The notes under the pieces were generated by a model that saw only the letters and a list, made by a program, of their open reading frames with translations, did not search any database and was not told where the DNA came from. From Lytechinus pictus (lineage: Eukaryota), in NCBI RefSeq assembly GCF_037042905.1, contig NC_087262.1, positions 2,604,001 to 2,668,000 of the forward strand: a stretch of 64,000 nt of DNA, given 5' to 3'. Positions 14,401-26,400 of the stretch are shown in pieces (within the stretch, counting starts at the first letter, position 1; every line of letters starts with the position of its first letter). Made by a program: the position numbers and the translations under genes.

Positions 14401-17400
14401 GAACAACAGCTCGCCGGAACCTGAACAAGAAGATGACGAAGAAGATAATAGCCTCGGGAGAGAAACCAGTGAGTCATATGAAAGTATGTACTTGCATGTC
14501 TCTATATATGCATGTGCAATTATGTAATAAGAATAATCAATGCTAATACTTATTATTCCAGTGATTGGCAGGTTTTTGATCTTTTCTCCATGATGCACAC
14601 AGGGGGGAGGGCACAATGCCCCTCTTTTGAGAGGCACAAATAATATTTTTTAGTGGAATATGGCATGCATAGGCTAGTGAGGACCTTTTTTCTTTTCTTT
14701 TTTTTGCCTTTGTTTGTTGTTGGTTTTTTTTGGGGGGGGCTTGTCAAATTGTTCATGACAAATGACCTCGATTTGGTAGTGAAGACCTTTAGGTGCATGT
14801 TTTGAATCCATAAGACAATTTTGATATTTCCTTTTAACTTTTTTTTTCTTTGGACAGTCCTGATTTATACATAGGAAAGGTAATTTTTTAACTTTGGAGT
14901 ATCTAATGTAAACATTTTCTAATTTTCGAATGCTTAGAGTCTTCTAATAGTAAATGTTAGGTGCTATATCAGCAAATATAAACTTTGTAAAATTGTTAAA
15001 ATTAAGGCAAGCTATTTATGATGTTGTTTGTAGTTGAAGACCTTGTACCACTGGAGCCACCATCAGCCACCACCACAACCACCATCGGTAAGGTCCGTAC
15101 CAAGGACACCACCACCACCACCACGGCTCGCAACAACGGTCAGTCCATCACCACCACAACCACCACCACCACAGTCAACAAGAAGAACAAGAACAACCTA
15201 AGCAGTATCATCACGGCAACACCACAGGGAGGAGGTGGCAGCAGCAGCGCTGTGGTTACCGCCACAACCACAGCCAGTACCACGCATACCACCACGGTTG
15301 CAACGTCTACCACGTCCTCGCATAGATCATCTGCATCATCACATGTCATCAACCAAGCCAGCAACAAAGCAGCTCTTCTAACCAACATGAAGGTCATTAT
15401 AAAAGTCTTCTCAGAAAGCTTTGTCGTATTTTAAATGCATAAATATTGGTAAAAAAATATATAATATGAAGAATGATATTCATATTATATAGATTTTCAT
15501 GGATTATCAAAAAATACAGAGTTTTAAATGAGTGTTTCAACTGAATGGGTTTTGAAATCACTTGATTAATTAAAAGTGTAGTTAGTTTGTCCAATTGATT
15601 TTTGATCATAAGTTTTTGCCCTTATTTCAATTAATTTTGTTTTCATTATTTTATTTCAATTCAATTTTACTATATAAGGTCAGTAGCCAAATGTTAATGA
15701 AATGTTTGTGAAATCAAATGTTGCATTTTTGCTTTGTCAAAGGAAATATATATGATATGGATCATGCAGTATGAATTTGAATCCTGTTTATGACTTCTCA
15801 GCTATTCTTTGTGTATATATGTAACAATGAAAAACATTTTCTGGTGATTTGTATTGTTTCTTGCCTGTTCAGCAGGAGAAATGTTCCTGGGCTTAGTTGC
15901 CATGAACATCCCTTGTGTGCGCCCTATAATTCAGGGTGTTAATTGAATGTGAAGCTCTTGCAATAACTAGTAAATGCTCTTATGATCCAGGCAAAAACAT
16001 CAAGTGCAAAGGAACACGCCAACAACAAGGCGAACCAGAGCAGGAACATCTCTGCTTCAAGCAAGGAAGAGAGACAGAACAACAAGAACAGAGTGAATAT
16101 GAATGGAGACGCTAAGGATGGAGGGAAGGAAGGAGCTAAGGAAGGGGGAAGACACGATGAGAAGATACGAGAAGAGAAGAAGAAGAAACGAATGAATATG
16201 AAAGAGAAGGGGCAGAATCACACCATGTAAGTAGTAACAATAATGATGATGATATTTTGTTCTTGTTGATATCTGTCTTTATGGACTTTATGTCTATAAT
16301 CTTAGTCTAGTGGACAAGCATTTTAAAGAATCAATTGCTGCTTGTCACAGTCTGTATTAACCGGTGTGTTGGTAGAGCGTCCGTCTCACAACCAGGAGGT
16401 TGGGGGTTCAAACCCCGGCCTCGTCAGACCGAAAGATGTTAAAAGATGGGAGTTGCTGCTACCCTGTTTGGCGTTCAACAATTAAAGGGATAGAGCCTCG
16501 TCGATCTGGCGCTGCACAGCGGCTGCCAGGCCCACGATCAATTTGGCAAAACAAATTTTCGGAGTATTTCATTTCTGGTGTCTATTTTGAACAATAAAAT
16601 ATGGATTTTTTTCATGTACCCATTTAACTCTCCTGGGTTGAGTATGGCAAATGAAGATAAATGCCTTGCCAAAGGATAGAGTAGTCTAGATTTTTGTGAT
16701 GATGGTGCGATAGGATTGTGAACAAACATTCATATAAGAATACCTTATAGTACATTCTTTATCTCAACTTTGCCCTGGCCAGACAGTTGCACTATGCAAA
16801 GCGGGCTTGGTCGAAGGATTTCCCTATGGTGCACCAAGTTTACTCTCCCCAGAGATGACCCTATTACAGATTTTCTGATGCTTGTCACAAAAGTCTGTAT
16901 TCTGGGAATACTAGCCAACTCCCCTTGAAAGCTGATGCTCATGATTTTCAAGGGGAATCCAACCTAGGTATTAAGATATTGTGTGGGGAAAGGAGAAAAA
17001 TAAATTAAACAGAATAGTTAAAGTTTGAAAGAAATCAGACAAGCAATAAGTAAGTTATGACGTTTTTTAAATTGAGATCCCTGAAACTATGTTAATTTCA
17101 AATTGGCAACTTGGTAAGTAAATTATTACAAGTGGGAAGTACAACTTTCCCATAAGCCATGTACTTAATTAATTATACATGATTTGTGGCTTTCTCTCAA
17201 GTATCTCTTCCCCGGGGCCGTAATCCAAATATAACCAATGTATCATAATGCTTTATATCCTCATGAAAGTAAAATATAGTTTGAAATAAAACTTTTGAAA
17301 AAGTGACAATTTTAACGATTTCATGTATTTGAGTAAACGGGAGAGTAGCCCTTGCCTCACATCACTATGACATCACCAATGCGGCCAATTTGAAGTCTCC

Positions 17401-20400
17401 ATGGGTATAGCGATTACCAATTTCTGCAACTTTTAACAATTCATAACTTTCTCATAGTTCGTCCGATTTTGTCAAAACCACCACCCATGTACTTGTCTGA
17501 TATTTCTTCTTCCAATTAAAACAACCTTTTGGGGGTGGGAGGATTGGATTCCCTTTTAACCCTTTGCACATTTTCTCTATTTCCTCACATGCAGTAAACA
17601 TGAGGACCAGAACTCCACCGGTATTGACGGAGGAGGAGGAGGTAAGAAGTCGATGGGTCCTGGAGGAGATGCTGTTAGTCCTAACATGAAGGGATCCTCT
17701 ATCACTGCAGCTAGCCCCAAGAGAGGACAGAAGAGAGAGGAAGGATGGAAGGAAGTAGTCAGAAGGTAAGCTTGCTCAAATACAACGCATTGTGTGAGGG
17801 TAAAATGACATATTTGTGTATATTGTGAGTTGAGTATCAACAAAGGGTTGGGAATCATTTTTTAAAAGGGGTGAGGAAGTAAAGACAAAAGTTGCATTAA
17901 GGTAACGCCATGCTATAGAAACTTAGAGTAGAAGTCCCCAGTTTTCCGAATCACCGAAAACGGATTCCATGGAATGTTACAGAAAACATAATTTTTTCTG
18001 GCCATATAAATGAATTACAAAAAAAACAGTGCAAATAATGAAAACCCGAAGAAAATTTGATTTGAAAAAAATGCACAAGTACATGTATTTAGTGAAAAAT
18101 CTGTCCACCAAACCTCATATGTGTTCACCAAGGTTTATCTGTAAGGAAACTTTTAACATGATTTTGAAAAAAGTTATGATTTTGTCCACATAGTCATATG
18201 TAGTTAAAGTGGCATTTTGTCAACATGCATTCAGTAAATGTATTTTAGATCTGGGGCCTGTTTCATAAAGGACTTGCAACTGTTGTAATTTTCCATAATG
18301 GCAACTACCATGGTAAGAGGGCTCAGCAGCCAATCATAATCAACGTGTCCATGGTAGTTGCCATTATGGCAAAGTTACAACAGTTGCAAGTCCTTTATTA
18401 AATGGGCCCCTGATTTCCATATATTTTGAATCAAACTTTGCAGGAAGCACCATTGGAAGAAACTCATTGAATCTTATTTTGAAATATATAAGCATTGCCA
18501 AGAACCAGAAAAAAATGATGTTATTAGGACTAAAATAAATAAATGGTGAAAATTGATGTTTCTTTGCAAAAGAGATCTCTCTGCTTTGTCACCGTTTCAG
18601 ACATTGTGGCCCGTATTCTGAAGTCAGGTTAAACTTAGACCATGGTCTAACTCTGTGCCAAAATTATGGGAAGCCAAAAGTGTCAAAATTTTTATTAAGT
18701 TTATTATGTTTACTGTGCTCTTTCCTGATGCATTTATGGTGAAGACAATCATCTATTTATACTTCCTCCACAATTATGAATAATTTGTGAGCCAAATGAG
18801 CTGAAATATGACATCTCTACTGTTAGTTATTTATGTAACAATTGGCTATCCATACTTTAACCACAAGTTAAACCCGACTTCAGAATACGGGCCATTGATG
18901 GTAAATAAGTTGGATAATAAGCAAATAACCACAGTTGGTGAAGGTGATGGGCAAATTATCACTTGCTGGATGTAGCTATTTGACCGTCACAACAAAACAA
19001 TGGAGGGGCAATGCACTTTCATATTGCGCAAAGTTTTATACGGGCCATTGATGGTAAATAAGTTGGATAATAAGCAAATAACCACAGTTGGTGAAGGTGA
19101 TGGGCAAATTACCACTTGCTGGATGTAGCTATTTGACCATCACAACAAAACAATGGAGGGGCAATGCACTTTCATATTGCGCAAAGTTTTACTGCTAGCG
19201 TGCAAGTACACTGTGCGCGCGCATCTAGACTCTGCATGATCGTCACTGCAGGTAATGGAGAATGATGGAACCAAAAAATTGAGTGGCAATGACCTCTTTA
19301 TTTCGCGCATACTCAAACTAATTCATAACGAGTCATGACCCTATGGGCTGAAGTGATCAGCAAAACACAAAAGTTCCGCCATTGCAAGTGATGATTGATG
19401 GGGGAAACTACCCTTTATCATGTGACCGACTTCTGGCCAATCCTAAAACAAGATCCTTATTATGCAAAATGTAAATTCAAATAACTGAATTTTTATTAAC
19501 TTGCATGATGATTTGATATGATATGTTCTCACTGTATCTTGTACAGGTCCAAGAAAGTAACTGTACCGGCCAATGCTATCAGTAGACTTATAGGAAGAGG
19601 AGGATGTAACATCAATGCTATTAGAGATGCAACGGGAGCTCACATTGATGTTGATAGACAGAACAAAGGAAATGAACGCACCATTAATATCAAGTAAGTC
19701 ATTTCATAGGTGTTGTATTTGATTTGGTCTATACCCGATTTGTGTACTTTCCATTTGGTCTCATCCACATGGACTTAGCCTAGTTCTTCTGAAACCAGTT
19801 TGTGTACTATGTCAATATTGTCTTATTACCAGTTAGCTTATTTACCATTTTTTTAAATATTCTATTTGGGCTAAACCCATTTGGTCTAATATGCACCTGA
19901 TCTAATACTACTTGGTCTTATACCGCTTCGTCTATGTTATTAGATAAGTAGACAAAGTTGGAATTACGCCATCTTGGCATTTGACTAAATGCCAATTTAG
20001 TCAGAAATTCATTAGAAATTAAGCGGTATAAGACCCCTAGTCAGTTTTAGACCAACTAGATACAAACAGCAATTCCATAAAATAATCAACTTTTTGTACG
20101 TCCGACCCCCATTTTTCTCAAGTCTTACTTCACTTCACAAACTGACCAAGTCATGGTCCTTTGAGAACATTACATACTGTCAAAAGAACAAGAAATCAGA
20201 GACAGAAAATTTCATGAAGGCCCCGCATATAGCGGGTCATACGTACATATTTTATGGAATTGCCCAACAATTTTTCTGGCCAGGAAAAGAGAATATAACT
20301 TTGAGCTGACAATTGGAGTATACAAAATACCACGTAACATCAAATGGTCATGAAATAGGATTCCACTTTTCCTCCTAAAAGTCAGTTTTAATTCAGAATT

Positions 20401-23400
20401 GATCAATAATCATTCTTGAAACCTAATAGTGATCAACCTTGTCTATTTAAAATGAGTTTTATTCAGAAATTCATTAGAAATTATTGATAACACGCAAGTT
20501 TGAACTTTGTCTTTGTAAATCAGGGGTTCAGCGGATGCGACACGTCAAGCCCACCATCTAATCAGTGCCCTCATCAAGGATCCGGATGAAGATCTAAGCA
20601 AGCTGGTAGCTAAGATAAAGAAGTCCGTTGCACCTGCTGCTATACCAATCACTATGTTTACATTGGCCTCATCGTCGTCCACATCAACCACGACATCATC
20701 GTCATCATCACAGGCTGGGACTAAGAGCAGTACACAGACTGGAACCACAGCGGCCAAACAGGCTACCAAGGTAGGCATCAAAATAGATTCTTCAGTGAAC
20801 CAAGTGGAAATTAAAATGCATATTTGTTTCCTTTGGAAGTTCTTAAGTATAGTTTGAACCCAAGTTATGTGAATTGTTATGCTGTATATGGGAATGTTAT
20901 AGACTATATCATACTTTCTGTCCAAATGATAACCAAGTATAGTGGATTTAGCTCCTTTATCTTTCAAACTATCATACAATTTGACCATTTGCTCTATGTC
21001 ACATTGTTATGTTTGACTTGCTAGTGGAGCCTACCAAAGCTGTAAAGTCAGTATTAGTGAATAAGTTGGCAAATCTTCTGTACTGCTGAAAAAAAACCTG
21101 AGATAGATTTAACATGAATATCCCCATCCCCCCTACAATAACCTGAAATGAAGATATATTTTGATATGAGGTTCATATATGCATTGTTGACTTTTGTGAG
21201 GATACTGATTAAAATGTGTTTCCTTTATTTCTTTTGCTAAAGATCAACCCATCTAGTACTGCCAGTCACCAGCCTCCGTCATCTAAGCAGAACTCACTAC
21301 AACCCGGTCATCAGCAGCTTACTCAGAGCCACAGTGCCCCAGCTAACACCCAATACCCAACCCAAATGACAGGAGGCATTCGTCTACCCAAAGGAGTTCA
21401 GCAGCACCAGATGGCAGCGCTGGCCCATCAGTGGGGTCGTCAACCTATTGTCAGACCGCCTGTCCCTACAACTATTGCTGCTCAAAGCAGGGTGCCCGAT
21501 CCCAGCCAGCATCAACAACCACCGCAGCCTACTCAGCAACAAGGTAGAGGACCGATCTCGGTCAATGTAGCCCCTCCTGCAGGAAGTGCACCCCAGCAGG
21601 CATCTGCCAAGAGTCCTAGGACCGGTGTGGCACGGCAATTGTTCACCCAACCAACCGGTAAAGCAGTTACGACCACCGTCTCATCCCATCGACCCATCCA
21701 GAATGTGGCCGTGAGTGGATCTGGCGGGGTGATGGCCAGCAGTGCTCCGACGCCCGTCGGGACCATACCAGTATCGGTCTCGGCTCAGTCCAATGTCAAC
21801 GCTGGTACGTTTGCGTCCAAGATATCTGACAGCCGCTCCGGTCTCCTCCACATGCCACAGATGATGATGCCATCGCAGAATCAGGGTATGGGAGAGCAGG
21901 TTGGATCAGGGATGCTTCAACAGCAACCTGATGGTAACCGTAGCGCTCCGGTGTCCACAGCTACAGGAGGGTTCAACTTCCTATCCCACATGAACCAGGG
22001 TATGAGCCAGAATCCTGCAAATGCTTTCGGCTGGAGTTCCTTGGCTCCTGGAGGTACCTTGAAAGAGGAAGGGAGTGGAGAGGAGAGCAGTTTCCCCAAC
22101 TCTGAGGAGGCCAAAGCTCCAGGGTACAAACGGCTGTCGACTGGATCCATGCCTGTAGGAGATGCTGGGTTGCTTAGCACAGTCAACAACCTCCAAGGGA
22201 ATCCAACCAACTACAACCCAATCCATTACATGCATACCCAACATCAAGCTCCACCCCATCCCCATGTTCCATCCAATCCCCACCCTCACTCTCAACAACA
22301 CCTAAACACCCACCCTAACCAGCACCCCCACGTCCATCCAATAGAGCGACCGGACGTCGTCTCTGCATCCATGGCCCACGCCAACCTGTCCCACTTCTCA
22401 CCCATCACCAACCCCCCTGCACCTTCCCCGACCCCACCTACCGCCAACGCCTCTCCAGGGACGTCTCCAAGGTCTGGTACCACTAGCCCCAGTACCTCTG
22501 TAGCCTCTCAGGATAGGAAACTACCACGCCCCATTGGGAACGAGCGTAGAGGGCAGCAGACTCATCGCCGTACACCTGTCGGGTTCGCTGATCTTCCTTT
22601 CACGTCTGCAGGAAGCATCTGGGCCCATCAAGGTAAAGATCTCATTGCTCTCTTGCCTTCAATTTCATCCCTATCTTTATCGTATTTCATTGCACCTTTT
22701 CACCAAGAAGAAATTAGGGAAAAAACAAACAATACTATACCATTTTGCACTTGTACTTTTTTGTTATAGCTTTACTTGATAGCTTCACCTCCATGTATGT
22801 TCTGCAATTTATTTCTATGAAGTTCATGGTATTAAAAGACCTTATATATTCCTTCCTTGCATCATGTTCATCTTTTTCATTCAGGAATAAGTTTTAAAAA
22901 TTGTTATCATAATTATATCCGTTCTATTTTCTGATAACTCACTTTCATTCCTGACATTTTACGTGACATCATACTGTCCCAACATAATGTTAAATGCAAT
23001 TGCTTTGTTATCTGAATATTGGGCAAACATTTCTATTTCATCCTTGTTCTTTATGAAGCTGGTGATGTGAACTGGCCCAATGCTTCAATCACTGTTGATG
23101 ATATGGTAGTGAACACTCCAGCTGCCCCTATACAGAGACCCATCAGTCGACCAGAGAGTTACCACGGCCAACCTATGGGCGTACCTGTGGTAAGTACATA
23201 TTTGTAATTCATCTATTTTGATCGTTTTGTGTAGACCTTAATTTGTGTCTTAACATTTGTGCATATCTTATGAGGATGGTGGCAGGGTTTGTAGTGGATA
23301 GTCTTATGAAACACACCAGCTGCAGTACAGACCTTGAACTTTGTCCACAAGATGTCTTGACATTTTTGCATATCTTTATGAGGGTGGTGGAAGGGTTTGT

Positions 23401-26400
23401 GGTGGATGGGCTTTCCAACCACCCGGACCGTGTTCCACAAAGTTTTGCGATTGATGATAGAGTGAATATGAATAATAGATTGATCATAATTAGCCTTATG
23501 CTACAGTCAGACCGATGAAACCGATTCCTAACCGACCGATAATATGTCATTGGTAATAACGTAATAGCTTTGATCGGGCTGGAATTGGTTTTGCTGGTGT
23601 GACTAGCATTCTGATTATTTGCTAATTTCTGTTTTATGGGGATTAGAGGATTTACAGAAGACGTAATAACCAAATTCAGTAGGATTTAATCATCCTCAAA
23701 CTTCTAGGCCTCATTTCCTCAATGAATGTAAGATCAGAGACCAATCATGCTCAGGAATTAATGAGGAAATATCCAATGATCTTTGATTGATTTCTTCAAG
23801 TTTAATATTGAAAATTGGGCAACATCAGCTACAACGCTCAACTTGAAATGAGACCATTGGGCAATTTCACAAAGCTGTTTGTAAGTTACCAAGAGTTTAC
23901 AATCAACTGGTAACCCTTTCTTGTGCGAAATGCCAAAATTTTGATTTTTGTTGATTTAGCTTCCAAGGAGGGGTCCACGGTTCTTAAAGTCATTATCAAG
24001 TTATTTCTAGAGCTGTGAGTCACATAAGAACAGCGATATGAAATAGCCACCATTGTAGGGTTTGATACGACTTTGTGTTGAGCGCTGTCATCGTCTCAGC
24101 TCATCTGCAGCAACTTGGGAGGAATTTGTTGACCGATGACTGTCAGCACTGACTCAATTTGAGATTGATGATTGGCTGAGAAGCGCTGAACTGTCAGAGA
24201 ATGCCGAATGGTTGGTGCTGACGTGATGTGGTCTCCTAGGCCCTGTAACACAAAGGTTAGCGGTTAATCGCTAAATGAAATGGCCTATCAAGATCATCCT
24301 TGCATGCGCACTTTGCTCAGTAGACTGACGTAAGGACCAATCAGAATTGCTCTTTCAAATGAATTGCTAACCTTACTGTTGCAGGACCCTGTTCCCTTCT
24401 CTCAATCCTCCATCACTAACAACATACTTCGGTCACCGATTAAGAAGTTTCTGACATTAATCTCTGTTCTTTCTTTCAGGGGATGTCTTACAACAGAGAG
24501 ATGTCTGACCAACAACCCCACCCCGGTGGATTGCCCCCTACCAACCACCAGCCCCACCCAGGCAGTCTACCCCCTGCACAGGCTATGCCCTATACCGCCC
24601 CACCCTCCATGGGTAATGGGGTCTGGACACCTGCTATTTCAGCCACTGATAACATGGATAACAGCCAGGTAAGATCCTTTCAGAGGAAGTCTTCCACAAT
24701 AATCCATCTCTTTCATTGCTTGAAGAGGAAATGAAAATAGTTGTAGTAAACATTGATTTTATGAGAAATTCTGCAAAACCAAGGTTTTTTGTCACTATAT
24801 CATCATAGATCTAGATCTATGGTCTAGTGGTTCTGACTCTCGTCTCTCAAACAGAGGGTCTTAGGTTCGAATCCTAGCGATGGCGTGTTTTCCTTCAGCA
24901 AGAAATTTATCCACATTGTGCTGCACTTGACCCAGGTGAGGTGAATGGGCACCCGGCAGGATGAAATTCCTTGAATGCACCGAGCACCGGTGATGGTAGC
25001 TGGAGCTAAAGCTGGGGTAATATTAGCAAGCGCTTTGTATCCTCAGGCAAAAGGCGCTAAATAAATCCAGCTATTATTATTATTATCTTGCCCTTTTACT
25101 AACTCAAATCATGAAATCTAAGCCGAAAAGTAATGATCCTGAAGATCACCGACAAAGAGAACCACATGTGGGACAGTGAATTATTATTATTGCTTAAAAA
25201 AGGCCTAATGTCATACTCAAACTTCATGCTTACAAATTTCTGTCAGAATATTTTGCACATATTGTATGTATTTATACATACACTTGGGTGGCCATTTGAT
25301 TGGATTTTGTACGGAATGATTTTGAAGTCATAACCACCATTGGCATTTATATTTAAAATCTAGGCCGGGGTATTTTGGGAGTTCATATGGCCGGGGGGGG
25401 GGGGGGGGGGGGGCCTGGGAGGCCCCCCCTTGAGATCTCGGCCGTCGACCGCGCGATCGCGCCGAAAATTGGCACGCAGGTTGTCTGGGATATAATCTAC
25501 AAAATTGTATAGTAATTTATTTCATGCGAATTGTTATTAAGTAATTATGCTAATTTATGCGTAATTAGTATGCAAAATCATACTTTTCCCTCTAACTCCC
25601 TAAATAAAGCTCCAAATGTTCTAATCTTTGGCATAGAAACTCTTTGTGGTAGTCTTAGCAAGGTTACATGAAAAAAAATTGTGATATCAGATCACTTTCT
25701 TATGTATTACATTGTTTTTTGCAATTTCTTATGTATTTCTTTGTGTTTTGGACCCTTTGATTTTCATTGTTTTTTCAATGAAATTCGTTGGGGACTCTTC
25801 TAAGATCATAAACAGCATAAAATACATACATTTAGACCAGCAAAACTAAAAATAATCATACATTTATGATTTTTGGTTGAAAACATAATTTACATTGACT
25901 TTGTACACGAAATCACGTTTTTGAGCAATTTTTGGTCTGACATGCACTTACATAACGTTGCGTAATTTTGGAACCGCGTACCCAAGTCAGACTGCAGGTC
26001 CCAAGAAAGTGGCTTCTTTCATCCAAGTGATATTCACGACTTGAGATGTTTTGCATATTTAATGAGCTTGATGCGGACCAAAACACCTCTTTTCATTCGG
26101 TCATTGCTGCTCTAATTGTGCATCGAATTTCATGAATTTGGTACCATTGTAAAGAAGAAGAATCATTCTTTCAGGTCATGTGTTTGGATTTATTCAAAGA
26201 TTTTGTAATATAGGTTAAAATTTTGATCTAAAATATGCTACAAAATAAATATTTTCACCTGACAAAAGCTGCTATTTTCACACTTTATTTTTGTTTGAGC
26301 CCAAATGATTTTTATATCATGATAAAGCTGAATATGTATACTTTGAAATGATATAGGTTTCAAAATAAGAATTGGTTTAATCGGGTCAAGATCACACTTT

